From the NCBI RefSeq assembly GCF_006345805.1, contig NC_043004.1, forward strand, positions 66,588,001 to 66,652,000: DNA of 64,000 bases, read 5' to 3'. The notes under the pieces are model-generated. The model was not told where the DNA came from. It worked only from the letters and a program-made list of their open reading frames with translations, and ran no database searches. Made by a program: the position numbers and the translations under genes. Origin of the DNA: Octopus sinensis. Lineage: Eukaryota. Position 1 is the stretch's first letter. Every line of letters starts with the position of its first letter. This document shows positions 16,136-31,789 of this stretch, piece after piece.

Positions 16136-16320
16136 GTGTGTCTGCGTTTGTCTACCAACATCTCTTAATAACACGTATCTTAGCGGTTCGGCAATAGAGA
16201 CCGATAGAATAAGTACTACACTTCCAAAGAATAAGTCCTGGGGTCGATTTGCTCGACTAAATGCAGTGCTCCAATATGGCCACAGTCAAATTACCGAAAT
16301 AAGTAAAAGAGTAAGAGAGA
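15891..16320 (+). mobile_element. Bipartite SINE family A
   Basis: Same organisation as 12886-13308. Confidence 0.85.
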
Positions 16321-17674
16321 ATATAATAATAAAAACAAGAACAACAACAAATTTGATGCATGAAATTAGACCATAATGAAGGAAAATATAAACCACATAA
16401 ATAAACCATGAAAGGAGGCATGGAAATACACATAATACAACAAATGGTCAGGATTTTAGCAGCATAACCCCTTAAAAAAAGGTAAACCGATTAAAAATTC
16501 ATAGCAATAGAAATTAATCAGTGGCGAATCGACTCTGTCAAAAAAAATGATGCACGAAAAGAAATATAGAGAATGGAATGTTAAAAAATAAACGAAAGGG
16601 GAATGAAATACGCTTATATCTTCAGAAGTGTTTGTTCACACAAATACACACCACCTTTGTACATGTTCCGTTAATTTGCTTCAGGATTCTCTGCAATCAA
16701 TTAAAAATTCTCTCTGACCTGGTAGGTTTTTTGAAGGAGAAAACACTACGACCTTCTTCCCATGTGTAGAAAACATGCCTATGTGCTTGCATATCTGAAG
16801 CTGCAAACATACATACATACGTACATACATATGCGTTTATATATAAATATATATACATATATATATACATATATTTACGTACATACGTAAATATACGTAC
16901 ATACGTAAATATACGTACATACGTATGCGTTTATATATAAATATATATACATATATTTACACACACATGTATATATACTTCTGTATACGTGTGTACATAT
17001 GCATAAATACATATATTTATAAATACACATACAAGTGTACACGCATATATATTATGCGAATATGTATGCATATATAAATACATATATATATATATATATA
17101 TATATATGCGTGTGTGTGTGTGTAAACAAAAAGTGATTACCTAAAATGTAGTCAGTATGTAAATATACATATGTATATATATATATATATAAATATATTT
17201 ATATATACATATCTATACACACATACATAAATATGTATGTATATATATATATATATATATATATGGATATGTATTGATGTATACAGAGAGGGTGATTGAA
17301 TGAAACAGAGTGGAAAGCATGAGAGGACGATAAAGAAAGAAAAGTGCATATTCTAATTCTATTCCCGCTCTATATAAGCTACGCAATCTTTTCAACACTC
17401 TGATTGCTAATTGAATTCTATGGGAGCATTGCAAGTGCCATGGTGCAGGCTTTCTGTTAAAAACATTAAGATAAGCTATACATTGAAGCGGAAAAAAGAA
17501 TGAAAACGCAAGAAAATAAGAAGAAAAAACGTTACCACCGCCAGAACCACTGCTTCCCCCACTAATACCTAAATGATGATGTTGAAGATAATAATAACAA
17601 CAGCAGCAACATCAACCACCACCACCATCACCACCAACACCGACACCACCACCAACACCAACACCACCACCACC

Positions 17675-17722
<48 letters not shown>

Positions 17723-18286
17723 AATAATAATAATAATAATAATAAAAATAATAAACTGGTAAAGAATCAATAATTCATTAAGCCAGCGTTCGACCTAACA
17801 AATCTGCAATGCTGAGAAAACCAGGTGGGAATTCGTAGGCGAGTTCATTGAACGTGTGTATGCTTATACACAGTTGATTAACACAATATAATTACTGAAG
17901 ATTTTTTTTTTACCGTTTTGCATCTTTTGCATGGAATTTATTTTTTTATATGGTATGTTTGTTTACACGTATGAATCTGTGCTCATTAATATTTGTAGTA
18001 ATATTATTAATTATTTGTAGTTATGTTTATATGTGCCAAATGGTGTGGAATGGAAGAATTAATATCGCCCCATACCATATGCTGGTCGTTATTATATTCC
18101 CTAATGCACATTAAGTTCAAGATTTCTAAGGACTAGCGTGTATTTTAATGCATCATCGCTACACTAATGTAATAAAAGTGTAAATACCTTTCGGGTGCTG
18201 CTTAAGCTCGTCCCACGAATTAGATGCCCAGCTCTATCTCTAGGGATCCTTGACACCTGCAAAATAATAATAATAATAATAATAAT

Positions 18287-18369
<83 letters not shown>

Positions 18370-18521
18370 AGTAATGATCATGATCATGATAATGATAATG
18401 ATGATAATAATAATAATAACAACAACAACAACAACAACAACACCACCACCAACAACAACAACAGCAACAACAACAACAACAATATTAATAATAATGATAA
18501 TAATAATAATAATAATGCTAA

Positions 18522-18855
18522 ATGACCTGATACAGTACCATAGGTTCTGAAGTTAACTGATTGGAAGTGTTATCATGTCCATTGTTTTGTCTTGGTATAA
18601 AAGATGGGCTACAGCAAATATTCTGCTCAATATCACAGATTTGCTTGTCAGTTGTTTGACCTTACCAGTTCGGCCCTACCTGCAAGGTCATGTGCTGTTC
18701 ATCTTGAGATGAGATCACCATGTCGCGCACATGTGGTTGTGATGCATGTGCCTGGTGTAGCCTTATCAGACGGGTAGTCATGGTCGGTATACTGGGCTTT
18801 GTATATTTTACACTAGTGTCACTTTGATGGCATGAACTCTTCTCTTACTCAGTAA
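18522..18855 (+). mobile_element. Repeat family D, internally deleted copy, (TAA)-flanked
   Basis: Colinear with 8220-8712 except for a ~250-bp internal deletion. Confidence 0.8.
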
Positions 18856-18913
18856 TAATAGTAATTTTATCTGCCATTTTGAGGAAGTGCGTTTCTTGAC
18901 TAAATCCACACCA

Positions 18914-19148
18914 GTATTTAACAGTTTCTGGTAATGTGGTTTTACTACATGCTACTAGTGCCTATTGTAAACAGTTGTTGACGGTTACTCAGCACGGAAA
19001 TCGAAGCCGGCCCAACGTGGTCAATGACATTCATAATCAGTGTTACGAACACGCACGCATTCACACATTCCGTGCTGACTAACTGTCAACAACCGTTTAC
19101 AATAAGCACCAGTAGCATGTAGTAAAACCACATTACCAGAAACTGTTA
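18914..19148. repeat. Inverted repeat with ~80-bp arms and a ~75-bp spacer
   Basis: 18914-18993 (TAACAGTTTCTGGTAATGTGG...CAGCACGGAA) is the reverse complement, with few mismatches, of 19068-19148. Confidence 0.85.
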
Positions 19149-20155
19149 TATGACTGAACGCACGCATCCATTTCTAAGTAAGATTGTTCTTGATATTAAT
19201 AATGATGCGCACTCTTGACCTTTCTGTCCCCTCCCTTTCTCAGCCTTCATTCTTTCTGGTTTCCTTTTCTTCTACCTTACTGCCTCTCCCTCTCTCTCAT
19301 TCTTCATTATTTCTGGTTTCCTCACAACAATTCCCTTTTTTCTCTCTTTTTCTCTTGCTCCTCCTCCTCCCACCCGTCGTTGACCCGCGACGAGAGCTCT
19401 GCTACTGTCTTTCTGGCCTGACTTCCTTAAAGTGTGGATGGCATTTCTGTTGCTCCTTCGCCGTTCTCAAAAATAGCGTCCGTAATACTTTTTCTCGTTC
19501 GGCTTAACAGCCCTTCTTGTCTTGTTATTCTCCTTGTCCTGTCTTTTACTGTTTATATTTTGTACTGTCGTTACTGTCCTGTTTTTGTTACCACATTTAC
19601 CCCTTCGCACAAAGATCTCAAATTTTATTTAATTTGCTTTTCGCGGGAAGGAATGTTTCTATCGAAGATGCGTTTCACCTTCACCTTCGAAACGCAGAGT
19701 AGATGAAACCATGGCGACTGGAGAAGGGGAATTTTCCTTGTGTTATTTGTTCTGTACTTGTGTTATTTGTTTAAGAAAAATGTCCAGTTCCTAGGTTTCG
19801 TGTTTATGTTTTCGTTTCTCATTGTGTTGACGTTTTTTGGTTTCCTGTACCCATATATGCATGCATATATACATGCATAGGTAGGTACGTACATATATGT
19901 ATGAATATATGCATATGTTTTATTTATTAATTTATATATATATATATATATAATATATATATATATGTATATACATGCGCACATACGTATATGCATATCA
20001 TATCACTGATTCCTTTACCTGCACTTTAATAACCTTTTGCTCTGTTGACCTCCTTTCCTCTCTTCATCTAACACTTACTTCCTCTCTTCACTCCTACATA
20101 ACATTTCCATTCATTAATACCCCTCGATCCACCGCCAGCACAACACAACTATTTC

Positions 20156-20348
20156 TTTACTACCCACTAAGGGATAAACACAGAGAGGACAAACAAGGAC
20201 AGACAAACGGATTAAGTCGATTATATCGACCCCAGTGCGCAACTGGTCCTTAATTTATCGACCTCTAAAGTCAAAGTCGACCTCGGCGGAATTTGAACTC
20301 AGAACGTATTTCGCCAGGCGTGCTAACGTTTCTGCCACCTCACCGCCT
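20156..20348 (-). mobile_element. tRNA-derived SINE family B
   Basis: Colinear with 21184-21409. Confidence 0.85.
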
Positions 20349-20679
20349 TTCCACACACCACTGCCTCAAATCCCAATTCCACATACCCCAATCCTCATCC
20401 CATCCCGCTCTCACATACCCTCACTCTCACCCCACCATACCACGTTACAACATCCCACACCACTCCACATCATCATCCACACAATTACATATTACAGTCG
20501 TACACACACACGCAGACATCCACATGGTACGTCACTAGCTTCTATCCACATATGCATATGTACACACTCTCGCATACACGCACACACGCGCACTATCGTT
20601 TTGGGATCACCAGTACTTTATTAACTCACTACTTATCCAACTACATTTTGCCGTCTTGTCAAAATTATTGACCGCTAAA

Positions 20680-20860
20680 ACCAGAATTATATTTTATTCT
20701 CTTTCTGTATTTTTTTCGTCGTGATCCTTTCTGTTGAAGAGCGGCGGCTCGAAACGTAAAAGATATTTTCATTTTCCTGAGCCTGAAACTAATACATCTT
20801 CTTCTGGTTAATACACCTGCCTTCGTCTTTTGTTTTTCTGTAAATTTCAACTCTCTCTAT
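20680..20860 (+). mobile_element. Penelope-like pseudo-LTR-type fragment ending at (TA)n, with a decayed hammerhead-like core
   Basis: TTGAAGAGCGGCGGCTCGAAACGT at ~20735-20758, then an AT-rich tail running into (TA)n. Confidence 0.35.
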
Positions 20861-21183
20861 ATATATATGAATACATATTTATATACACATATATATATGT
20901 AAGTGTATATATATATATATATAAGTATATATATAAATTTATTTAAATATGCACATACATATATAAGTATATACACCCACACATAATGGTAAATATGTAC
21001 CATACAATGCTGAGGCGTTGAGATATCTAGAATTGGGAACATTTCAATCACCATCTGTGTATCTGTTTGGAAAGACATATGACTGGAAAGCACACCTAGG
21101 CACGTTGATATTTTCAAAGGCTATTTTTTACATGTACACTACATACTCTAATATGTAATTTATGTAACCATATATATATATTT

Positions 21184-21409
21184 TTTTACTACCCACAAGG
21201 GGCTAAACATAGAGGGGACAAACAAAGACAGACAAAGGGATTAAGTCGATTACATCGACCCCAGTGCGAAACTGGTACTTAATTTGTCGACCCCGAAAGG
21301 ATGAAAGGCAAAGTCGACCTCGGCGGAATTTGAACTCAGAATGTAACGACAGACGAAAATACGGCTACGCATTTCGCCTGGCGTGCTAACGATTCTGCCA
21401 GCTCGCCGC
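21184..21409 (-). mobile_element. tRNA-derived SINE family B (best-preserved copy)
   Basis: Minus strand GGCGGCGAGCTGGCAGAATCGTTAGC...GAGTTCAAATTCCGCC (A/B-box-like). Confidence 0.9.
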
Positions 21410-21411
21410 CC

Positions 21412-21447
<36 letters not shown>

Positions 21448-21493
21448 GTATATATGTAAATACGTATATATATATATAATATATATATATATA

Positions 21494-21858
21494 TGTTATA
21501 TTTCGGAATGGTCATTTTGCCAGTTTAGCCAATAAAAACACACGCACTATATATTTGGTGTTATTTTGCTTCAGTGTTAGTTATTTTTTACATTAATCTT
21601 AATCTTATTTCGGCCAGAGTTCTTTCGTCAGAATAGAAATACAAAATGGCTGACGGTTAGTAAGGAGAGACACAAATAAGAAAGAAGAAAACAAGGGACC
21701 ACTGATGCAGTCACAGGAGAGTAAAGAAAGAACTCTGGCCGAAATAAGATTAAGATTAATGTAAAAAAATAAATAACATTGAAGCAAAATAACACCAAAT
21801 ATATAGTGCGTGTGTTTTATTGGCTAAACTGGCAAAATGACCATTCCGAAATATAACA
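21494..21858. repeat. Fold-back element with 133-bp arms and a ~100-bp spacer, adjacent to (TA)n
   Basis: 21494-21626 is the near-perfect reverse complement of 21726-21858. The left arm ends within TCGTCAG (reverse complement of CTGACGA). Confidence 0.85.
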
Positions 21859-21948
21859 ATATCTGTTTCAACACACGACTTCACATAAAAAATCTTGCAC
21901 AACAAATATTTAAACGTATATATATATATATATTATATATATATATAT

Positions 21949-22002
<54 letters not shown>

Positions 22003-23068
22003 TATATACAGGTAAACACATACACACGCATATATACATACATACAAAGATACATGCATACATGCATACATGTATTCTGTAACCTTGTGTGCAGCCACAA
22101 ACAAAATATGACCTTTTGTGGAAATCAGCTGCCCTGAGGACACGAATGTTATCAGAAATATAGAAGAGACTTAAGTCATCTTTGGGCCAATTATAAGGAG
22201 TTTACAAATCCACAACCCGGCGCACACTTTTATCTTCATACATCTTTATTATTGCAGTAGCAAGTTACATACCAAACCGTTTAAAGCAAAGTATGGCTGA
22301 AGTTGGCATGTCTGGAATGGAATAAAAATCCTTAATTTATATACTACAAATGATCCCAGTATCTGGAATTATACTCTTCGCGATATCTTCAGCAGTTTAA
22401 ATCATGGCTAAAAGAAGATTCTTCTCTTCATAACCTTGTTATCCAGTAAGTGATCGGTCAAAGTTTACACGAAAAGGAAAAATACAATCATACATACATA
22501 CAAACATACATACATACAAACAGAAATACATACATACACACATACACACTCTGTAGCTGTCAAATACACACCTTATAGAAATGTTTGTGTTCAGCTTTCA
22601 CTGTAAGTTTGCGCATGCGTGTTGAAGGAAAACTTTTTTTTTCATGTCAATTCCACAACAAACTTCTCAAACATATTCCTACCGAATGGTTCTTACCTGA
22701 CTACTTAATATATTCTGTAATTAATGTCTGCATAGCAGCGCGCATGCTTAATACGTTTTGCTTAGTCGCATGCATACTTTGTTCGATAATTTCAAAACCG
22801 AACAGCCTTTTCTTTCTTTTTCTTTTTTTTTTTGCCTTACAAGCACATTTTTTACTAGCTTTCATTTTAATTTTATTATTTATCAAAACACCTTATATCC
22901 TACTCTACCTCGTCTTGTTGGTTCTTTTTATGAAATTCTTTCAAATTTCCGGCTTCATCGATTAATGTGTAAAGAGGTGAAAGACCTCGATCAAAGCGTG
23001 GTATTGTATAACATTTTCTATCATTTCTATCATATACTACCGTGTGTGTGTTTTACCAATATATATAT

Positions 23069-23109
<41 letters not shown>

Positions 23110-24234
23110 GGCATGCACTTTTGCATGTGTGTGCCTGTGCGATTGCATATGGATTTATAAATATTCATCTCTGTATATGTATATATATTATATCATACAT
23201 ATACTATATATAATATAATATATATAATATATATATATATATGTATATAGATATATATATATTATATATATATATATATATTATATATATATATATATAT
23301 ACCTATATTATGTGGCATATGTGTGTGGTGTGAGTGTGTGTGGCGCGCGTGTACTTCCGTTTGTGTACGTGTGCGTGTTGTTATTTCTCGCTTGTTCTAT
23401 ACGTTACTATTGTCGTGATAGCGGAAACGCAAAAATCAGAGAAACCATTTGTAAAGTCTGCACACTTTCCAGTAAAGATGATATACATAAATCTACATTC
23501 TGTATTGAGTACTATCGTTTCTCCGTCTTTTTTGGTTTGCAGACTGTGTGTGAACATACTCACACATTCTATGTCTCTGTAGGCGTATATCAGTGTATGT
23601 GTATTTAAGTGTGTGTAACTTTGTGGTATTGTGCGTGTATGTGTGTGGTGTTGCCTAAAATACGCATAAATACTTACACATTTACATAAATACTGTTGCA
23701 CTAGCGTGCAAAACGTCTTTTAAGGGGAGGCTGATATATCGTAATTCTAAGCACATTTTCTAGCTGATCAATATTCAGATATTAAAATAACTTTCTCGGC
23801 TCTTCCGGGAATAGTTCAAATAATGATTTGTAAGACGACGTTGGAAGGGGTGGGGGTGAATGGGAAGCAGCCCCAGAAAATAAACGAAAAACAGAAACGT
23901 AAAATGCAAGATGGAAATAATAATAAGAAAACTAAATAAATAAATAAAATAGTATGAAAGGCAAATAAGAGAAGACAAGAAAATGTGAAGATAGTAAAAA
24001 AGACATTGAAATGGATATAAAACAGGCATGATATATTTAGAAAGTCTTTTCGCCTTTGCACCCGAAAATAACATAATAAACTGCTGACCTCTGTCTCTAA
24101 ATGTAATTCTAAATTAGGGCAGCATTATTTAGCATGAGAAGTAAAAGGGCAAATATAACTTTAGTATAAAAATATATTGTGCGCGGTATAAAATATATGC
24201 GCAAATATAGTTTCTGTTACATATATGTGTGTAC

Positions 24235-24275
<41 letters not shown>

Positions 24276-25409
24276 GTGTGTGTGTGTGCGTGATTGTGTG
24301 TGTATGCGTGTATGTATTTATATGTTTACGTGCCAGTGCATATTTTTCAGTATATGAATGCGTTTCCACTCATCGATGTATCTATCTATTTATCTCCATC
24401 CCTCTCTCTCTCTCTAACTTTCTCTCTCTATATATACATATGTATATATAAATACATATATGTCTCTCTATATATTTATATGTATACATATATATATGCA
24501 TACATGCATAATAAATATGTATATTTATATATGTATTTATATATACATATATATATATATGCATATATATGTATATATATATGGCATGTATATATGCATA
24601 TATATTTAAATCTATATATATATAGTATATATATAGATATATATATATATTAATACATATATACATATGTATTACGTATATGCTATATATATATATATAT
24701 ATTATATATGTACACATTTACTAGCACTCATGCCTCCATGCAACCGTGCATGCAATTTGACACTCATATACATGACACATATGCATCTATGCATCTATAA
24801 TATCTGATTGTGCAGCTAATTTAAGGTGTTTATATCGCCGAAGCTCAGACACCGTATTCTTTAGTATCCACTGAACATTGCAAGCTTCATCCAGGCATAA
24901 AGTTCAATTTCACATCTCATATAAGGTTCTCATATATCAACAACACACTATGTAGCCAAATATAAAAAACGGCAATAACAGTAACAAAAATAATAAATCT
25001 AACGGCCTAACAAAATATGTGACGCTCTGATCAGCTAGAACAAAGAAGGATATTTTCTAATAAGCTCTCCTTAAGTACCGAAAGTAAACATTGGTGTAAT
25101 GTAGTGATACATAACGATAAAACAGAATAAAATACGGGGTAGCATGGCCGGATTGTGTTTGTATTAAAGATATGACCGGGACTGGACTAGCCTGAGGTTA
25201 AATGTCCACCGGAGCCAAAATAAGAATCTTCTATTGTCCTGTATTGGTTGGCAGAAATGACAGCTACAGACCTCCAAACTGAACTGCGTATGACTGCAGA
25301 CAGAAAACGCTCATTGTAGAAAGTATGTGCGTGCATTTATACTTACATGTGTGTGTTGTGTAGTATATATGTATACGCATGTATATATTTATACATATGC
25401 ATATAATAT

Positions 25410-25447
<38 letters not shown>

Positions 25448-26410
25448 TATATAGCTATATAAACATATATATATATATTTTATTATATAATAGATAGATA
25501 GATAGATAGATATATATATAGATATATATATTGATATGCATATGTATATATACCACACATACATATATATATTTATATGCGTACGTGAAATGTATTCATA
25601 TATGAATTGTATGTCTCTAATTACATCTAGGTCTAAACTTACAAATATAGATGTATAAATGTCTCTGTGTCTTTATCTATCTATCTATCTCTCTCTCTCT
25701 ACATATATAATATATATATTATGTATATATATTCATATTGAATTTTTGTGTGGTATATATATGTATATCTATATATGTATATATATATATATATATATAG
25801 ATATATAGATATATATATATATATAATATATATATATATATAAGATCTACATATATATGTATAAATATATATATGCATATATAAGTATATATAATATATA
25901 TACTATATATAAATCTCCAAGATTACTGGGTGATCATTGATCGGAATACATGTTTATTTTTTGTTTAAGCCAGCTCGATTTAGGGCCGACCTGATGCTAA
26001 TACTAACAATATAATCAACAGCAATCTTTTATAAACGTACATTAACATTCACAAAAACAAAACTCTCCTGAAATGTCAGACGTGCAATGAAGACACCGGT
26101 ACAAAACCACCCAATTTAATATGTATTTTCCTGTTCCACTCATGTAATTATAGTTTACGACAACTTTCTAATATTAGTTTACTGGAAAGTTACAATGCTA
26201 GATCTCTATCCCATATTGGCGAACTAATAACATTACCGATATCTTTAGTAGTATGTCTGCATCAGGTTTTGTTTTTATTTAGCATATTTAGCCATATTTT
26301 CCTTATTTATAGCAGATAAATAAAGCTAGACATAAAACAGCCTCCCTGAGAAGAATGGTTTTATTTGGCCATATTTTTTTTATATAAATATACTTATATG
26401 CATAGCGCCT

Positions 26411-26463
<53 letters not shown>

Positions 26464-28760
26464 GCACATATATGTATGAGTATATGGGTGTATATATGTA
26501 TGCATATATCTGCATATATGTGAGTGAATATATATATATATATGTATATATATAAACATACATACATACATACATATATACATACATACATATATACATA
26601 TATATAAGTGTATGTGTGTGTGTGCATGTATATGTGGGGGTGTACATTGTAGATTTCTCTTATCTTTATGTAGAAAAATACAGATATAGATGTGTATTTT
26701 TATGTGCGTGTGCATGCGTGTGTGTATGTCTGTGTGTGCGTGTGTTTGTGTCTGTACGTTTGTGGATGTGTGTGTTTGTGTGTTTACGAGTCTTCGCGTA
26801 TAATCGCTTGTGGATTTTATCTTAGACACTTCCATACTTTCACTGACGTGATCTGCCTACTCGTTGTAACATCTACGTAGTAACCGTTACACGGATGGTT
26901 TAACCAGCGTAACTCAAGTGTGACAAAGGTAGGCCTTTAATTACTAGTACAATCCGACGTATGAGTTTCGCCATAGTTTTTGTATAAATCGTGCCACAAG
27001 GAAAGTCTGGATCGAACAGAAATATCTTACATTACATTATGATATGAATATGTTTTGATGTGGGACAAATTTCGAGGTGCTAACCGCGAAGCAAATTCGT
27101 CATCGTGCAGGAGCTTACGCTAGTTATATACTTCTGACTAACGAAGACTAGTTGTAAGTATTTTAATATTAATTGGCGACCCGCGAATCATATACGCCGT
27201 TCTATCATTCAATAATTCATCGACCGAATTCATGCGTTAATCTACCGTTACAGTATGTATTATGTTTTGAACATCATGTTTATTCTCTCAGAAAAAGCGG
27301 TTGGACGCCAGAAAAATTCTGTACTGAACAAAACACTCGGTCGAGAAACCAATCTATTTGAATTTGTACTGACATATCTTCATAATTTATGAGATATCAT
27401 ATGACATCTTTATACTTATCTATCCATGCGTACATAAGCACGCACGCAAGCACACACACTCACACGCATGCATAAGTACATACATATACCCAAACAATTA
27501 TAGCATCAACAATATCGATTTATATAAGGACATAAGTTACTAACTGGATTGGCCCTCTCCTAAAATAGCTGAAATCTGCTAGAATATTTGTGCGAAGCTT
27601 AATGCATATAAAATATGTGGCGGGGATATTTAACACGAGAAAGGAGTTTTAAATCATCGCACCTTCAGATAATTTAATACAATCATTGAAAGAGAACGGT
27701 CACTCAGGGGATTTTTAATGTAGAAGGTTAATCCTAGACATGGTATGTAAGTCACCGACTAATCTATACTAAAATCTAGTATAAACATTGAGCAAAATAA
27801 TTTGCCATAGTAATGATATATAAATACCTAAGATAGATATTTGCTATCATGTTAAAAACGGTTCCCTGCCCTAAAGAAAACCTTATTATCAGTTACGAAT
27901 TAGCAATATTGCATATTCTGTTATAAAACATGAAGCGTTGAAATCAGAGACTAATCTTGAATTATGTCATGGCATCTGTATTAGTGGATAAGCTGAGCAC
28001 ACATAAAAATATAATCATACATTACATTCATTCATAATTACACCTATACACACATGCACATTCACACAAACTCACATATACGCAGACACACACATACATA
28101 TGCATATATATAATTTCCCTTGCTGTAAGAAGTGATCCTCGTGTATGCAAAGATATTCCGCGGTAAACTTTCCATTAAAAGAGATGCACATCCGCCATTG
28201 TTGAGCCAAACAAACGAATCCAATTTGAAAAAAATTCATTTTGAGAAATGCACTAAAGCACCCAATTCGCCACACACATTTGTATCCTATCTTTATCATC
28301 AAATATTTATGTTCAAATATTTCGTTTCCTTGAAGCGATAGGTGGTCGGAGAGAGTCAGATCATGCTACTACTAAAGAAGTGAAACAACTGTACGTTCCA
28401 CTATTTTTATCATCAGTGCATGTGTTCGTATTTTACTCTGGTTGAATGTGCTTACTTTTCAGAGTCTTCCTCTGTCGCTTGTTTCTAATACGTTTCTTAT
28501 TCTTTTTGCCTGTCTCGCTGATCACTTATATTCACGGTCCAGAGAATCAAGGTCAATGACGTTTATCTCCACGCAGAAACAGTGACCAAAATGTTATGTG
28601 CTGATAAATGACTGTTGAAATTATTTGCCCAGAGAGAAAAGATGTAGCACTATGTCTTCCATAAGGTTTTTTTTGTTTCTTTATGATGGAGATGCATCTA
28701 CGTTTGATTTCTCGTCCTTAGATTTTGAGAAATCATGTCTCCATGAAATTCAAGCATTAC

Positions 28761-28811
28761 CAGGATGTCCGAGAAATCTTCCATCAGTTTCTTCTTTAAA
28801 TCTTGTATCAA
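28761..28811 (-). other. Weak candidate 51-nt internal exon of an unidentified host gene
   Basis: Minus strand TATTTTCCTTGGCAG|TTGATACAAG...GACATCCTG|GTAATG. Open in phase 0 (LIQDLKKKLMEDFSDIL) and in phase 2. No partner exons found. Confidence 0.25.
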
Positions 28812-29797
28812 CTGCCAAGGAAAATAGATTACATATACATACATATTCCGAAATTCTCAAAAGTCATACGCAATGCACTGTCATAACTGTTGAGCTTTGA
28901 AGCTAGTATGTCAACAATTATTCATCCTTTCATTGGTGGTTCAGTGTCGAAATTTATTGTCGATGAAATCAGGGCTTGAATTCAATGCAAAAAACATATA
29001 TTTGTCCATCTCTGCATGTTGCCTCGATGTTGGGCCAATTGAGAGAGAGTGAGAGAGAGAGAGGGAGAGGTTGAGAGAGAGAAAGACAGAGAATTGCTGC
29101 TCAAGAGTAGAGAATTTCTTTTAAGTACATCCTTCGCTTTTTCTCTTTATGGTGAGAATAAATATTGTTGCATATAATATTTGGGTTATTAATCCTTATT
29201 ATTCATTATCATTACTGCCGTGTACGATATCACATCATCCTGGCTAGTACTCGTCAGCGTGACATAACTTGAGATTTACAAATCATTTTCTCTTAGGCCA
29301 TATGTGAACAAGCACAACATTCATACATAAAAATCCATATATAATCAATATTTTTCTCTATTTCGTTATTGTATTTTCGTCTCTATCATGATAAAGAAGA
29401 AGAATAACGTCCCATGCGATACGCTTGATAATTACTAAGATATATATGCCACACAGACACACTCAATTCATACATAAAAACAAAAATACCCTATTGTTGA
29501 TGTTGAAATTCAAATGAAGGAGCCCGGTTCTTTCTCTATAACACTGAATAATGACATACATACATACGCACATATGCTTATATATAGGAATAATCAAATG
29601 ATACAAATTTTTATAAGCATATACACATAAGTACACATGCTCATAAACGCACACTCAACCACGATTATGTATATACCACACACAAACAAGCACACATACA
29701 CGCACACACACACCACATGCACACATACAGACGCAAACGCAAACACAGACATAATCATAAGTGTGCGACATAGAGATGCTTGTGTATACTGCGTTAT

Positions 29798-29844
<47 letters not shown>

Positions 29845-29845
<1 letters not shown>

Positions 29846-29867
29846 AGATAGATAGATAGATAGATAT

Positions 29868-29902
<35 letters not shown>

Positions 29903-29924
29903 TATATATATAGATAGATAGATA

Positions 29925-29956
<32 letters not shown>

Positions 29957-29972
29957 CTAGATAGATAGATAT

Positions 29973-30042
<70 letters not shown>

Positions 30043-30054
30043 ATATAGATAGAT

Positions 30055-30093
<39 letters not shown>

Positions 30094-30131
30094 ATATAGA
30101 TAGATATATATATATATCTATATATATATAT

Positions 30132-30210
<79 letters not shown>
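29845..30210. repeat. (GATA)n tetranucleotide microsatellite
   Basis: Direct inspection. Confidence 0.95.
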
Positions 30211-30212
<2 letters not shown>

Positions 30213-30527
30213 TTATGGATGCAGGATCAATAATTCTCCATCTTTCTCTTATTCTTACTCTCTTCTCTATTTCTATGTATATGTGTGTGTGTATATGTTC
30301 CCACCGGAAGATCATGATGGTATGGGACTAAAATACGAGAGACATATCATCAGCTTCAGTTTCAATATCTATCTCTGGTGATAGGTACGTACATGAACAC
30401 ATATAGTTACATGCATGGGTGGTATGCAGAGCGTTAGAGGGAGACAGAGAGGCACAATACATACAATAATAACAACATTAATAATAAAAATGGTGGTGGT
30501 GGTTGTGGTGGTAGTAGTAGTAGTAGC

Positions 30528-30558
<31 letters not shown>

Positions 30559-31789
30559 ACAATAACGATACACACTAATATGTTTTTGTTATATAAGATA
30601 TAAGATATGAAATTAAGATATTAAATGGAAAAAGAAATACGTTGTGCACTTTGTAGCATCGGAAACAAACGTGTTAACTATGTTTCATTTCACCCACCTA
30701 CTTATATACACACATAGATACAAAATAGACCAAAAAAATAAAACAACTAAAGAATCCAGCTTATATCCATTTCACATTTAGAGAGAGATACATCGGCTGA
30801 GAATCAAGGGGAGTAAGAATGAGAAAGAGAGAGAGAGGTAGAGAGAGGGTGTGTTATAATAAATGATTATGTCCACACATACATCTGCATATATATATCA
30901 ATATATTCCTGTTCCTTGTATATGTTTACGTGATGTCATTAAATGTAATATACTTGATGCTTGTTACATTTAACTATGCAGATTTCGCATCATTTATATA
31001 CTGTTCCTTTACACTATAACATGGACATCTAGTCCAGTATCGATTGTCTAATGTCAGGGTTGTCTGTAAATACCATAAACAAGAACACTGACCTTATCTA
31101 GAATCGATGAATGTGTCTGCTTATTATTTTTTTTTCGATATTCTAAACATGGAACATGTTATATTTCAAATGTCACCCGGATGGTCTATTTACATAGATT
31201 CATCCCTGAAGGTTATGATCGATATGATTATTTTTATATACACAGCAACTCCATTTATGACAGCTTGTAGTAATGCTTTCTTGTATGAGACTTAAATTTC
31301 TTGAAAATCTATCGTTATTTAATAATTTTATAAAAAAAAGGGCTGTGGACTTGTTGAGTTTCGAAAACATTGAACAGAAAGTTTGGCTATGGTTAGGTAG
31401 GACGTTTAATCTCCTGTATCCACACCGCAGTCATATCAATTATGATTGATCATCATTCTAGTGTTGATAATATATATATACATGTACATATACATATGTA
31501 TATATATATATTTATATATATATATACATATATATACATATATATATATGTACATATATATATATGTATATATATATATATAAACATACATACATACATT
31601 CATATAGAGGTACATAATACATACATAAATACACAAATACATGCATACACATGAATACACACATGTATATGTATACATATATACATATGTGTGTGCATGC
31701 ATATGTGTGTGTTTGTGAATGTGTATGTGCATAGATACACCTGTGTGTGCATGATGTATATATGTATATATATCTTCTTTTTCTTTCTT

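Noticed and set aside
25263-25330. Candidate exon between TTGGCAG and GTATGT
   Set aside because: Stop codons in all three frames.
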